A stretch of 64,000 nt of DNA from Epiperipatus broadwayi (GCA_028023455.1 JAQFVV010000007.1:18228001-18292000); one strand, 5' to 3'; shown: positions 44,776 through 59,814, counted from the first letter of the stretch. Program-made: numbers and translations. The notes: a model not told the origin generated them from the sequence alone.

Positions 44776-46849
44776 TTAACATTATATGGATTTGACAATG
44801 CAATAAGAATGATAAAAGTTATAATTTATGGACATTCCAATAATTTTATTTAAAGTTATTCAATTAAATTATAAGTGTTAGGAATGCTTAGATAAGTACT
44901 TATAATTTAATTGCATTACAATTTGTCTAAGAAAAGTTAACAACATATATATTAAGTTATATACAACAAGAAAAATTGTGGTTGAAAAAAAAATAATTTT
45001 TTTGCTTTTTAGTACATTAGTTTTCAAATTAAATAAAAGCATTTTTCAAAAACTATCTTTTTTGTATACTATTTTTTAGTGCTTGGCTATATAAAATTGT
45101 TTAAAATTGGCTACAAGAATTTTACTTTTATGAAGGCATCAGTTTTAAAAAGCAATGTAACATAAACACTCTGAAGGGAAATTAAGATTTCATCCTTCAT
45201 TTCTTTTTTCCTTTTTTTTTTAATTAACTGTAAATACCTCTAATTTCACCCTCTAAAGTTAAACGAAAGCATCTGCTTAAATCTGATTTGAGTGTGATTT
45301 GAAATGTGGCCTACCAATATTATTAGTCTGGACAGCTTTAAAATTATTGCATAACAAAACCAACCATACAAAATTTGAAAAAAATTAGTGTGGCAGAAAT
45401 AAATAGGCATTTAAAAATAAATCCATTTTTGATTTTGAAAATCAAGAACTATCTTGACTTGAAAATCAAATTTTGTACAGTCTTTTTTGTCTTCTGTAAT
45501 TGAAAGATTTTAATTAAAATGAAATAATTGTATTGAAAATTAAAGATGATCAAAAGAATTTTTTTTGCTGCTTGGGTCATATTGTGTTATTTAATTAAAA
45601 AACAAACAAACATAAGTTTTGAATTTACATTTTGTTTAATAAAAATACTTATTGACAAATATTTAATAAATAATTCATAGACAGTATTGTGTTGCAGTGG
45701 GATGTAACTGCTTCTTGTATGAAGTTGTCAATAACAAGTATTAGCTACTGTTAACTTAATTTTTCTAAAACCACACAGTAGAAAATTTCTAATATTTGAA
45801 TATTTTAAGTCATCTGTAATGGCATAAAACAGTAATCACAACTACTTAATTTTCCATAATTATTTCTTAATGAAAAAAATTGAATTGTTATAAAATCAGA
45901 TCAAAATATTTTAGTTTTTGTAAATACCTGTTTTATGCTATCTGAATGCAATGAGATCTGATATAGTGAAGACTTCTAGAAAAAATAACTAATAGAATTA
46001 ATATTTTTTAAAATTATGATTTATACATCAAATGCAAAATTACATTACAAATACTAGAATGGCAAATATATTGGTCACCTAAAATAATTACCAATTTCAT
46101 TTATTTATGTATTTCTAGCAATAAAAAAAATCCAAAAGTCAGTAAAAAAAAGTTTTAAAACAATAAAATTGATAAAAATGGTATAAACTGAAATAATTTT
46201 GGCTATATATTATAAAATTAGAATTTGAAAGTTGATTTATATTTGATATTAAAATTCAAAACAATAACAGAAATCTAAAATTTAATTCTCTCAACTTTTA
46301 TTTTTAGGAGTAAAAATGTTATATGCATTTTTTTAAAAAAATATCTTACTTCTGTTATAATTTATATACCATAAAAACTCAAATTTGAAGCTGATTAATA
46401 GTGATATTAAAATAAAAAACTGAAATATAATAAAATTATAGTAATTAAACTCTAAAATGGAGTCACTAAATTGAAAAATTCAAGTGCATATATTGCATGA
46501 TAGTACCCTAATAGGTCATTTACTTTTATGAAGAAGGAGATGATTTTTTTATTTAGATTTATGAAATGCTTTTGATCAGATCAAACATTTTAAAATTTTC
46601 ATGAGATATTTTAATGCTAAAACTGGAAAACAAATGAAAGATGAAAAAGTTGTGAGTAAATTTGGATACTGAAACAATCAAGAGGAAATAGATCTGTGGA
46701 ATTTGTTGAAAAAGAAAAGCTATGAGGGGATATCCAAAAATAACTGGAATCATTCCCTGGAGAATGACCAGATTATAGTGCATGCTTCTGCTCCTAGATA
46801 GATATCTTTTGCAGGGATACTCCTTAACCAGTTTGGTAGATTGCAATTT

Positions 46850-47460
46850 ATGGATAGTAAGAGAATAGCCAAAATAGTATTTAATTGAATTATGAATAAA
46901 GGGCAGGCACAAGATGGGTGAGAAAAGTAATATAATATGCAGATTTGGATAAAGACTTTATGTTAGTAGACTTGTATCAAAGGTGGGGTGATTGTGTTAG
47001 GAAAATTGTTAAGTGTTATAATGGCAAAGAATGTGATAGACGAATAGATGCATTAATTAAATTTAGAAAGATAGAGAGTTGGAGAGCTAGTATGGAGAGT
47101 AAAAAGAATTTAAATATATATAGAAGTAAACAGAATAGTGGGTGTGAGTTAATTTATGATAATAGCAAGGAAAGTAATTTGATGTTTAAGACTTGAGCAG
47201 GATAGTTAGCAACAAAGGAATACACACACAAATAAGAAATGTAGGTGACTTACTCTCTAAGGAAGGGGTGGAAAATATTAGGTGTCTGTTAATTGAATGT
47301 AAAAGGGTACAAATAGTGGAAGTTGTGGAAGAATAAATATAAACAAAGTGATTATACAGAAAGTGGGTTCTTGGTTTTTATTTCTCAGTTTGGAAAAAGA
47401 TAAAGGCAGTCTAGATATAAAGGCCATAGAGTGGATGAAGATGATGTTGTGGAAATATAT
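46850..47460 (+). mobile_element. Fragment of the same APE-RT LINE family as 37738-40810
   Basis: Aligns to 40050-40680 (RIAKIVFN..., RIDALIK..., LIYDNSKESNLMFK). Its 3' end is cut off by an RTE insertion. Confidence 0.85.
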
Positions 47461-47461
47461 C

Positions 47462-48365
47462 ATCATCAACCATTATCAGTCCACTGCAGGATGAAGATCC
47501 TCCCAAGTTCAATCCATCTTCTCTGATCTTTAGTTTTTCTTCTTTACATCACCCCTGCACACTTTCTTATTTTATCCATCCATCTCACATGTGGGTTCTT
47601 TCTGGGTCTTTTACAATCTCGTAGAATCTAGTTTAAGATTTCAATTGTCCATCTATTATGATCTCTTCTATCAATATGTCCAATCCAACTCCACTTCAGT
47701 CTTTTAATTTTTTCATTGAGGTCAGTAACACCTCTTTGTTAACTTACCCATATATTGCATTTTCGATCTCTTGTTATTCCCAACATGTATCTCTCCATAC
47801 TTCCTTGAGTGGTTTGAAGTCTTTGTATTGCTCTTCTATTAAGTATCCAAGTCTCAAATCCATAAGTAAGAACTAGTAAAATACATTTATTAAAAACTTT
47901 CCTTTTCAAATACATAGGCACATTTCCTTTTAGTATCAAGTTATTTTTACCAAAAGCACTCCAACCAAGTTTAATTCTATGATTAATTTCATCCATTATG
48001 TTCCCATCTGTATTAATAATCTGATTAAGATATTTGTAGCTGTTAACTTCTTCTAACTCATCATAATCAATCTTTATTTTTATATTTTGAGAAAATCCAT
48101 TAAACATTACTTTAGTCTTTTTAACATTTATCTTTAGTCCTACTTTCATCTGATAACTCCTGCAACATTTCCTGCAGCTCTAAAGCATTGTTTGCAAAAA
48201 CAACTACATCATCTGCAAAATCTAAATGACTTAAATAATCTCTATTTACTTTCACTCCTTTAGCTTTCTATTTTAATCCTTAAAATACTTCTTGCAGTAC
48301 TGCTGTAAAAAGTTTTGGAGATATGGAGTCACCCTGTCTTATATACCCTTCTCAATGTTGACGTT
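47462..48365 (-). mobile_element. RTE-clade LINE, RT to 3' end
   Basis: GDSISPKLF, HLDFADDVV, GLKINVKKTKVM, LTYGFETW, with a (TGA)n tail at 47462. Confidence 0.9.
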
Positions 48366-50249
48366 CACATCAAATCAAATCACTAGTCTGCCAATTTTTG
48401 ACATTGAGAGAAATCATATTAGGGAATATTAAATGTTTTTATTAAGTGCATCTCACTTATTTGATTTTTGAAACAATAGTGAAATTCTGTTTTCTGTTAG
48501 GGAAAATGGCAGGGGTAGTAATTAATAATGCATGAAACAGCTTACAATGGGGAAAACATAAGTTTATAAAAGATTAATTGAAGTGTTAAATTCACCAAGT
48601 TCCAAAAAATCATGGTTAGTGAAATCCAATAACAAGATAATGCTGATTTACTTTTTGGATCCAAACAGCATTGTTCACTCAGAATTCGTTTGTAATTATC
48701 AGGCATTTTTACAACAAGTTGTGAAATGTTTGCATGGTTTGGTGAAATGAAAGTGTCTCAATTTGTGGCCATGTGGGGAATGCAAGCTTTATCACAACAA
48801 TGGAATAGTGCACGAAGCCTTGTGTGTGGTCTAACTTTTAATTAAATTTAGCATAACCCAGCTTATCCATCAGTCATATTTACACCCTTTTACTCCATGT
48901 GATTTGTTTTTATTTCCTTGAATGAAAAAATGACTCGTGAAATAACACCTAAAAGTACACAATTTATTATTACAAAATTGTGGTTATTTTGGAATTCTCT
49001 GTCATATATATTATAAATTCTTTTTTAAAAAAGAATAAAATGAAGTAGAAATGAAATCATATGATAAAAAATGTAAGATAGAACTATATGATTTGGTCAT
49101 TATCGGTAAAATATGCAATACATGTTAATGCAAAGATAAAGAGGCAAAAGCTATTATGAAGACAAAGTTTGGTTCTGTTCTTTTTTTGAGCTCATGAAAA
49201 TATTAATCTTTATCAAAATATTTGTTTTCTTTTATTAAAAACCTTAGGGTTTTGTTTTTTAACACTGTTCTTCCTTTAATGTGAAGGATGAATTTTATTG
49301 ACACATTTAACCAAGGAATTGAAAGAGATTCAAGTTCTAATATAGAGAATCTAGAGAGAAACATGGAAGACATTTGTAAATCTAAGAAATCAAAAAAATT
49401 CTAAGGAAAAAAAGAATTATCTGTAAAACCAATAATTTCCCTGGATGAAAGATTTGATATATCCATAGACCAACCTTCGACCAACTTCATTTTCCAGAGA
49501 GATTGTTAGAGATGTAAACATTTGTTCAAGCAAGAATTATAGCTGAATAAGTGAATAATGCGATAATGCAGCAAAGGGCTCAAGATAATATTGAAAAATC
49601 AATGAAAAACATCAAAAGTTACATTGAGAATGAAGATATGAAATGGAAAATCACCTCAAAAAGACAAAATTTTGTCTGATAGAGGCAAACCAACCAGTCT
49701 GGAACATAGGTAAGAGGGCCTGAAGGTAGACCATTTTCCTGCTTTATTTTCTAAAAGTAAGAAAAATCTTAATATCTTTTTAACAAAAAAATAATCCTAC
49801 TAATCCTATAAAAGATATATATATATATAATTTTAATGCTATTTCTGATGATAACTCTAATAAGTCCACACCCTTTGTCACTCAGAGTCTTCATCAAAAT
49901 ATAGATGACAACAAAATATGATATGCTAAAACTTTACAAAATTTTAATAATAAGAGCACCTTTATTTCTTATTATGATCCACAAAATATCCCTGACATTT
50001 TCAATATATGCTAGAGGATGACTATCCAGTCATTACTCAAAATGTGTTGCCTGATATGGATACTTCTCTTCCAAGGCTGGATCAAGTGGAATTAACTAAC
50101 ATTATTGATGATTTCAACTCTACTATTTCACCACAATTATATCGATCTTTTTAAAATTATGTGAATGAAAAAACTCTAATTTGTGCCGACACCAATCAAA
50201 ATAAAGACTTATTTATGTTTCCAATTGATAAATTCTGTAGCCAAATCAC

Positions 50250-51300
50250 AACAAAAAAATTTATGGATTCATGTGTACAAAATACTACATCATCCATCCA
50301 AACAACCGTTATGTAATTGTGGAATGCCATGATCCCACTCAGAAGCAAATATTCCAAGGGGTGATGAAATTCATTGATAACAAAATTTTATGTACAATTG
50401 ACATCAATAGGCCAGTGATATTGATAAATTGTTATCTGAGTTTTAATCAATTTGATTTTCAGAAAATCCCAGACCTTATGGAGTAATATCAAACTTTAGG
50501 TATATCCTCGAGAAAAGTGCGAACATTCCTGTATTCACAAATTCTACACTCTTTTCAATTACCCTCAATAAGGGAGTATCACCTACAGTAATTCCCACAA
50601 TCCACTGTGCAAAGTCAACCCCTCTAATAATATTTTTTCAGGGCTTACCACCACAGTGCTTCCCCTGCAGGTTGAGGGATCACCTTGTCAGGGATTGTCC
50701 CTCTAGGATATGCCAAATTGTACACTTAGGAAAACTAAATTACATAACTGTATTTCTGGGTCTATACAAGAGAAGCAACACTTTTTATCAAATCAAGAAG
50801 AAAGTAAACAGTCACAACCAATTAAGCTGGAGTTATCACAGTCTTCAGAACAAATTATTCACACCATTCCACAGTCATTGGAGAAAACTCCTGGGTATCT
50901 ATAAATTCTGGCATAGACTCAGATTTTGACATGATATTAACAGAGTATGCAGTCATGACCACTGCCAAAAGTAAGAGAAAGGCCAGCAGCCAAAAAAGGA
51001 AAATTCCCTTTGCAACTCAGTAGTTCAAAAGACAGGAAAATCAAATAAGAGTTCCTTGGATGCTAATTCATCAGACAAGAATATAAAAGGGAAAAAAGTA
51101 TAAGGTCAGCAACCATGATGAAGAGACAATTGTACTCCAGCATTTACCTGTCTCTGATAGTATGGAGAATTCCACTCAGATGCTGATGTTAAAGAACAAG
51201 GAATTCATAGATCAGACAATGATCCTTTTGGAAGTTCCTGAAGCAAAAGAAACACAAAGTGATGAACATCTCCATGACAAGGATTTAGAACATTAAGAAA
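50250..51300 (+). mobile_element. L1/Tx1-like ORF1 remnant with a CCHC zinc knuckle
   Basis: PPQCFPCRLRDHLVRDCP at 50648-50701 (C-x2-C-x4-H-x4-C) within a broken, frameshifted coding stretch. Confidence 0.6.
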
Positions 51301-52389
51301 TATGAAATTGACAATTTGAATCTAGATCAGGGCAATCTAGAAACCATAGGTCTTGATAAGCTAGATGAAACAGATTTCAGTGTTTACTTTGACCAAGATC
51401 GATACCTAGTGATCGATGATAAATATAAAGGTAGATGGGGGCAGAACAGATTTGAAGTATGGTTGTGACTTGTCATCACTTTGGATATAAAAGTTGAAGA
51501 TATTAAATGTGAGTTGCAGTGGAATTATCTAAGAATTTTAATCAAGGATAGAGTAATTATGGAAGGAACACTTCAGCATGCAATTTACCCTGAGATGACT
51601 AAGTGGTCTACTGCATCTCAGAGAAGGGCCTGAACAGTGGTAATTTCACTGATGCCAGCCATGGAACATGTATGGATTTTTTTATGGACTCTTACTGTTT
51701 GGACTTGCAAGTCTTTGGGAATTTTGGCCATTGGAATCCAAATTTGAGTTAGAAATAACTCGTTTCTTGAGTTCTTTAGTGTATTGTGATATGGGTCTAT
51801 GGTCAACAGTCAATCATTGAATGGATTTGGGTGACTGATGAAAATGACTCTTATTATTTTTTATCATTTGGTTGTAACATAGTGTGCTTACTAATATCAT
51901 AAGTATATCATTGTATATCATATCATGTGAGCATGTCGGTTTAAAAATGTATTCTGAGATAATGAACTTCTATAGTGTAAAATTACATTAAAATCAAAAT
52001 ATGCATTGTGAATCATAGATAAATTTAGTTTATCACTGTATGTAAACATGTAAATTCAAAGACTGATAAACCTTTTTGAAAAAAATAATAATAAGAAAGA
52101 CATGCTAATAGTTAAAGATTCCAAGTATTAATATTTTTTTTATCAGCCTTATTTTTATTTGAAAGCTTTCAAATCTGTTTCCAATTTAAATTTTACTTAT
52201 AAAAAGAATTTATAGTACAGTATACAGATTTTTTTTTTTAGAAAAATATAAAAATGTGATGATAAGAAAATTAACATTGATAAGGGTGTAGATAGGGTGA
52301 TTTCATATTAAATTTTTTTTACAACAGTTTTACTAGAAAATATTTTGTGAATTAAACTGAGAAGCTAAGGGAACGTATCATCTAGATTT

Positions 52390-52960
52390 TACAGTTTTTG
52401 CTATTATTTTTTACAAACAATACTTCAAAACTTGAGGAAATATTAGCCAAGAGCTATAAATGAAAGCAAGAAAGTAGGACTAAAGATAAGCACTAAAAAA
52501 CTAAAAGAATGTTCAATGACTTTTTATAAAAAGAAAAATAAAGGTTAATAGAAATTAATAAGTATAAATTCTTGGAATAGATTGATTATTAAAATAAATG
52601 CTTTTGATAGAAATAATTTAATATTAAAACGAAAATAGGTCTACGTATTTGAAAATAAGTTTTTTTTAAATAGATGTGTATAACTATTTTTTAATAGAAA
52701 TCTGAGAGCAAACAGTACAGTGGTTTCAGGTCACACGATGAAATATGGAAAAATGTATGTTACTAATAACAAGAAGGGATAAAAACTTAAATATGTACAT
52801 TAGAGTAAACAACTATTAATATTTATTAAGAGTATTATAAGGATAAAATGTTACTGGAAGAGATTATTATAGAAAACCATTAAAATTTTAAACCGAATCC
52901 TAATAGATTGAAGAACACTTACGTGGGATGTATGGATAAGGAAGTTATTTAAAGAAATAT
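52390..52960 (+). mobile_element. Highly decayed RTE-like fragment
   Basis: GAAAGCAAGAAAGTAGGACTAAAGATAAG matches the GLKIN region of the other RTE copies. Confidence 0.5.
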
Positions 52961-53136
52961 GGATTGATCCATTTTAGCGTAGTATTTACTTTTATATATG
53001 TGCACACAACCACACACACATATATGACAATTAGTAAGTAATCAAATTGTACATATGTATAAGAAACCTTAAGATAAGTTGTTGTAAAAATGACACTACT
53101 TTGCAATAAATTGTACTTTTCATATGAACTTTCCCA

Positions 53137-54100
53137 ATGCACCTCTCATGTAATGCAATGAAAAGTGCTGTTCTAAATCAGCTTATCGTTTCAATAGAAT
53201 GCACCATCAATGCATTATCCAAATCATACCTTTCAATATATGTTAAGGCATCACTAATTAATATTTTAATATTTCCTAAACTTAATTATTTCTTACCCAT
53301 TATTAAATTTACTTCTTCAATCAAAAATAAAATACCATATATATTCTCTTATCACCAAACTGATCTGAAATAAAACAGCAGTATCTCTAAGCATAAGAAA
53401 TATGCAAAAAACATATGAAATTTAATTGTCTCTCATTATGACTAAATTAATTAGTTCTTCCCAAGGGTTCATAATTCCTGTTAACCCTACTGACACTCCA
53501 CCTCCCATTAACAATAATTTTATCAAAACCTTAATAATTCTCATAAGTAAACACACTACTCTCTCACATAATCTATTTCTAAATAAAATAACTATTGATA
53601 AACATACAAAACTGAAAATAATCATAGTATATGACATAATAATCAATTTTCCTGTTACGTAATAACAAATACATTATAAAAAAGTTCAGATATTGGCATC
53701 TGGGAATCCAGATATCTGGACTTCTTAATAAAAATAAACGCCAAAGCCCTTCCTACTAATTATTTTATTTTCTCCATGCACACTTCACAAACATAGATCC
53801 ATTATGTGCCCTCTGACATAAAATGAAAAAACGTTGGAACACTTTCTTATGGATTATTATCACTAACATGATTCCTTCAAACTCATAAAAAATATACAAA
53901 GTGGTTTTTTTCCCAATATAAGAATTACTACATTCATTCTTTCACACTCTGGATGCTATCTATGCTTTTAATGCCACATCTCACAATAATAAATCATTTT
54001 TTCTAAAAAAATTAAATAATATTAAGACCAGAGATCAAACCCATGCACTAACTGTTATTTTTGCAGCTACATGGAATCTTATCTCATTAACAACAATCCA
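53137..54100 (+). mobile_element. L1/Tx1-like ORF2 remnant (post-RT region)
   Basis: LSIYVKASLINILIFPKLNYFLP fits the L1/Tx1 LS-x-x-GK...IN...PKL-x-Y motif; downstream fragments such as FAATWNL. Confidence 0.6.
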
Positions 54101-54441
54101 GTGACTTGGCTGTTGAATATACTAATTAATATGCATTAGACATACACTGGTTATTGCTTTTCTATTTGAAATCTCTTTTGTTTTCACTAAAATCTTGTAA
54201 ATAATCTCCAATGTATATAGTAAACCGAATAAAGTTAATTTAAAACTAAATTGTATGAAAACATTCACGATTGCGTCATGTCCATATTGGTCAGAGTTAA
54301 AAAATATTAACCGATGACATGTTTTGATTGCAATTTGCCTAAACTGAATGGAGACTTTATACAGTATATATATATAATTACAGTAATTATTATTGTTAAT
54401 TTGCTGTATTATATTAATATACTAATTATATTTCTGTACAG

Positions 54442-54485
54442 ATGTAAGCCAAATGTTTGATACAAAAGCATACGGGAAAAATTAG
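54442..54485 (+). CDS. Probable terminal coding exon of the host gene
   Basis: Acceptor TATTTCTGTACAG|. In phase 1 it reads (D)VSQMFDTKAYGKN* with TAG at 54483-54485, inside a CpG-retaining region. An alternative acceptor lies at 54611. Confidence 0.5.
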
Positions 54486-56029
54486 CTGCTACGGAAAAAA
54501 AAATGTCTAAAAAGTGCTGTAACCCCAAGAAATCATTGAAAACTCAGATCTGCGTATCGCGGCTTCTCTCAAATTAATACCGTCGTGTAAATGGAACTTG
54601 ATAATTTTAGACGCCGAAGGAGATTTGCAGTTTATCCAAATCTTGATCTGTTACAAGTTTATTATTTAGATTACAAAGAAAAGCTCTCTTCCAGATTTTG
54701 ATTAAGTTTTAAAATATTAAAAAAAAAAAAAAACTCCGGAAAAAAAAGTGTATAGTAAAAAATTCGCAGAAATAAGGGAGTTTTGGTTTAACCGATTAAA
54801 ATATATATGTAGAATTTATAAATACTTAATTTATAATATCCCCTGGTAAAAGTTATTACCTCACATTAAACTCATTTTTATACACATTGAAAAAATAATT
54901 GTAGACAATTTGTTTACATTTGTAGTAATATATACAGTATATAAATATTACAAACACTTAAAACTAAATATTTAAACAATTAATTCTGCGTCATTAGAGT
55001 AATTAAAATATTATCGCCATTATTATGTAATTTTTCAAATTCATCATCATTTTTAAAAATGCCAGAATTTCTGGAACTGTTAACTAATTCAAAGTTCGTT
55101 GAATTTCCTTATAGAGTATTTACATATACCGTATCTTGAACAGTCACGTGTAGCGGATAATACATTCACTCGTTAACCCGTTACTTGGAAATTGGAATTC
55201 AGATGGAATTTTGTAAAGTTATTTTTTTTTTTTAAATAGCTAAAAATTTCCAAGCAAGTGTCGGAGGATTTTTTTTCTTCCAGTTAACCGACTCCCAACT
55301 TATCCAATTATTGAACGTTAATATTCATACCTGACTCTTATTTTCGATTTTATTTCTTGGGGGGGGGGGGGATCCAAGTGAAAAGCTTGTATATATAATG
55401 TCTGAGTTTTATTTTTGTATAAACAATGACAGATTTAAATCTGCATATACTGAATAAAGATAAATATGTGTAGTTTTGATTGATAATTTTTTATAAATGA
55501 CATAAGTATTAAGAAATTTTTGGAAGGCAATTAAATAATCTTATAAATTTATTTTGTATTGCCATAATCATTAATGTATTTAAATAGAAGTCATTTTGTA
55601 TAAATTTTTATTTTTATAATTATGTATTTTTAAAGACTGCATTTAAATTTAACTGTATTTAAATTGTTTATTTTTAATTTTAAATAATGCACAGAACATG
55701 CCTACTTATGTTATGTATAGAGCTCGCAAACAAGCTCCTAACAAGCTTTGCAGAATATCCCCAACCCGAGATAAGCTTATTAAATTAGGTCATGTGACAT
55801 CTGACTTGATTTTTTTTTTTTTTTTTTGTAACATGCCTACTTGAATATGTTATTGCATATAGATTGTTTCTGCATTACTTTTCTGTTAATTGTCCAGGTC
55901 TCGGATCCATAAACTAGAAATGGTAAAACATTAAAAAAACTTTTTTTTTCCCAATCACATAAGGCATATTTACTTTTAATATTAAGTTATTATTATCAAA
56001 AATACTCCATCCAAATTTATTTGTATGAT

Positions 56030-56480
56030 TAATTTTATCCATTATGTTTCCATCTGTATTAATAATCTCATCATTAGTAAAATGTTAACTTCTAATTCAT
56101 CAATCTTTATTTTTTTTCTTTTTTTCTCATGTGTCATAGCATCAGCCAGGAAGCGAACCCGCTAATCCGGGACAGCTGTTTCTGCAGCTGTCGCTGACCT
56201 CTTGACCACCAATGCTTGACAGTCTTTATTTTTTTTTTTTACTTTATTCTTTTTATTATTTATCTTTAATTCTACCTTATTACTTTTATCAGATAACTCT
56301 TGCAACATTTCCTGAAGTATTATTTATAAAAACAATTACATCATCATTTTGCAAAATCTAGATGGCTTAAATAATTTGTCTCAATTTACTTTTATTCCTT
56401 CAACTTCCCATTTCAATCCACAAAATACTTCTTGGGGGAAAATGCTGTAAAAATTGTTGGAGATCTGAAATCACCATGTC
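56030..56480 (-). mobile_element. RTE fragment interrupted by a SINE
   Basis: Matches 47990-48330. Confidence 0.75.
56131..56222 (-). mobile_element. tRNA-Gly-derived SINE, second copy
   Basis: Minus strand GCATTGGTGGTCAAGAGG...GGGTTCGCTTCCTGGCTGATGC, flanked by the TSD-like TCTTTATTTTTTTT at 56104 and 56223. Confidence 0.7.
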
Positions 56481-58254
56481 CTAAATATTAATCTTACAAT
56501 AACTACATAAACTAATCATTGTTGTTGAATTTTGATCAGTATTCTTCAGAATATGAGAATATCTTGTATACTTCAGGAATAGGTGGTTAGAAGTATATTA
56601 GTTGTCTGAAATTAGGTTGAAGATAATGTAGTACAGTCCTCCATTCTAAAGCAAATCATATCTTTTAAATAAAAGAATCGAGAACTGTGATCATTATCAC
56701 CAGTAGATGGATTTTGCTGCTTTTAATTTCAGAAGATTGGGTCTTAAAGTCCAATAAGCATGAATTAACAATATAGTAGTCTAAAATTTCTGCACTAGTG
56801 GATAGTTAAAATATAATGGAATTAATAAAAAATGCATTGCTAAAAACCTGAAAACACAAATTGTTAAAAGTGGAATAAACCTATTTTTGCAATGAAAAAT
56901 GTCAAGCTATCATTACAAGCATGGAGATTCAGGTATTTGATACCTCTCAGGCATCTGATGAGTGGCAGTTGTTTACAAAATGCAAGCATAGTAAGATGTT
57001 GGGGTAATCTGTTTTTCTGTGTTGGTGAATGGTTGCAATATGATGGGTTGATTAAAAATGCACTGGATAAAATCCCCCAAAACAGAAAAAAACTGACTTG
57101 GATGTATATATCTTTAATATACAGCCATTTGTAAATAAGTAGGCTCTTTAATAATAGTAATAGTAGCAGTATTAGTAGCAGCAACAGCAATAATATTAAG
57201 GTCATGCTGTTCAAATATTCTAGTAATGGAATGAACACTCTCAAGGTTTTTTTTAATATTGCCCAGCTAAGAAAAGACCAAAGGCATCATTAGTTTTGAG
57301 TCCATCATTGTACTACAGCATCAAAATTGCACAGGAGATAACTATTCTAATTCCCAACAAAAAAAACAACAGAAGAATTAAAGGTTAAAAGTGACTTTTG
57401 CAATGAATTATACAAACCACTGTGTAAAACATCTCTGTGAGTGTAAGTGGTGCCTTTAATTTGACATTTTGTGATACTATGGTTTTAACTTCTGCTGTTT
57501 TTCTTTCTGTAATTGTGTTTGAAGCTCTTCATTGTGTCCTATCCTGTTTTATTTTTCCAATGAAAACAGAAGTTTACTGCAGTAATAGATTGGAAAATTC
57601 AGCAGCTCAACTTTCTTATAAACTTTCAAACTGTGAACTATTTGACTTTTTTGCTATGTTTGGTTTAGGCCAGTGACAAAGTGACCCTCTGTGGAACTCA
57701 TATTCATGGATCTTGTCTCAGATCTACTACTTCTGATGCTCAAACTTCTTATGAACTCCTGAAAAGTAAATCATTCAATATTTTTTTTCAAAGCAGTCAA
57801 TAATGCATCTCTTTAGAGAAATTTGAGATGGAAGCCATACTCAAATTTATCACAAAAATTGTTTTTAGAAAGTGTTACTCATCATTAACTATTCATGTAA
57901 TCCAGTGGAGTACTATTACAATAAAAGTGTATAACATTTGGTTTTATGATCTTAGTTAGCTATTTAAGAATATGTGCATTCTCAGTTGAATTTTCTGAAT
58001 GTTATAGCCTTATTTGTCCATACATAAAGATGGGCATCCAACTTTATCACAATAAAAATGGTTGCCATGACAACAAACATTGAAATGCTTGGTATTCTTT
58101 GGTAAGGTTTAGGTGTTCACTGCGTTTATTTGTTTATATATATACACACTCCCATACACACATTGTGTCTACTTATGCACAAAAGGTATTTCACAAATTC
58201 ACTTAACATATATTTATTATAAAAAGACTGTTGTTTCTTATTAAAAAACTTGCC

Positions 58255-58380
58255 CTGCATGGTTTATAGTGTAGTGGTAGGGTGTCGGATTTTAAAGTGT
58301 TAGGTTCTTGGGTTTGATTTCAATTCTGGAACTTGCAGTGTCTGGCTGTTTTATGAACTCTTTAGCAACAAAACCATGTT
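58255..58380 (+). mobile_element. tRNA-derived SINE-like element (family 2)
   Basis: TAGTGTAGTGG A box and degenerate B box GGTTTGATTTC; tail similar to 10740-10775. Confidence 0.5.
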
Positions 58381-58809
58381 TATTTTATTGGGAAACTTAA
58401 ATTAGTATTTAGCACTATAATTTTGGTTTGTCAGTACTATGTACTTAACAATTAGCTCAGTTTATTGTAGTATTACTAATAAATGATCAAATGCTTTGCT
58501 TACTATAGGGTTCATATGAATTTTGATCATTAGAAATGACAGAGCTAGCCCACAGACATTGAATTTCAAGCACCAAATTCTTCTCTGCCACTACATCAAA
58601 CCATTATTGGCATTATAGTACATATATGTGTATATAGAGTATTTCAAAATATATCTGTATATATGTAAAGTATTAAACAGTAACTTTCTAGGTTTAGTCT
58701 AGATTATGTGCTTATGTAAATGCTGAAGTTTTGATGGACAGAAACTTATTTTTATTCAAACAATAGAAAAATACATATTTATAGTAGGTGACTATTGCTG
58801 TAGTATAAT

Positions 58810-59133
58810 TTTTACTACACCACTCTAACACAAAGGTAGATACTAATTTCTCTCCATATTTAATATCTTGTGGAGAGATATAATTATGAACATATGACCA
58901 AAGATATAAAAAAGACTTCTGATCTATAAGGTGCACATTTGGTGCTGAACCAGCTCTCATCAGTTGACCCAATCACAATCTCTTACACATAGGTTTATCA
59001 TTGTTCAGTATATATACAGATAGCAAATTATTACAGTTTGATAAGTGTCAAATTTGCTGCCCTTACTACTTTGACACAAATTTCTTAAAGAAAGTATATT
59101 TATAATTTTTATTGGTTAAACAATAGTAATTTG

Positions 59134-59219
<86 letters not shown>

Positions 59220-59550
59220 GTCTGTCTGTCTGTCTGTCTATCTGTCTGTCTATCTGTCTGTCTGTCTATCTGTCTGTCTGTCTGTCTGTCTATCTATATA
59301 TCTATATTGATCAATGATAAAGATATGTGTAAGGTCTAGCCCAACTAATGAATGCTGGTTCAATCCAAAATGTGCATTTTGGGAATCATAGATTTTTTCC
59401 ACATGTCTGTGGTCTCGTGTTCATGATTGCATCCCTCCACAAAGTGTTAAAAGCAAATAAAAACCAGTCAGAGTATTGAAGTGAAAATTACTCTACAGAA
59501 AGAGTATTCATTATTGGATAATGACTAGTCTAATGAATGACTAATAAAAT
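58810..59550. repeat. Inverted dimer of HHR-A2 with degenerate hammerheads at about 58915-58980 (-) and 59335-59392 (+)
   Basis: The two arms match 14101-14440 in opposite orientations. Confidence 0.8.
59134..59296. repeat. Compound (TATC)n(TGTC)n microsatellite
   Basis: Directly visible; sits at the TA-tract position of an HHR-A2 monomer. Confidence 0.95.
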
Positions 59551-59730
59551 TACTATTTACCTATATGTCTAAAAATACCTATTGGCTTCATTAAACAGTG
59601 TTTTTTTTCCATATCTTTTTGTAACTATTATAATCTCATTCTTTTTTTAGTTCATTGTATTTTCTCATATAGTTATGACATATTTCTTTTACTTCTCCCA
59701 TTTCATCTTAAGTAACATCTGATTAGTTAG

Positions 59731-59814
59731 TTGTAATATCATTGTAACAAATAGAATAACACATTTTGAAATTTGTAATATCATTGTAACAAATAGAATA
59801 ACACATTTTGAAAT
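59731..59814. repeat. Perfect 42-bp tandem duplication
   Basis: TTGTAATATCATTGTAACAAATAGAATAACACATTTTGAAAT occurs twice. Confidence 0.9.

Noticed and set aside
56950-56990. CTGATGA-GTGGCAGTTGTTTAC-AAAA-TGCA hammerhead-like string
   Set aside because: Weak stem II, no G12, no stem I pairing, single copy.
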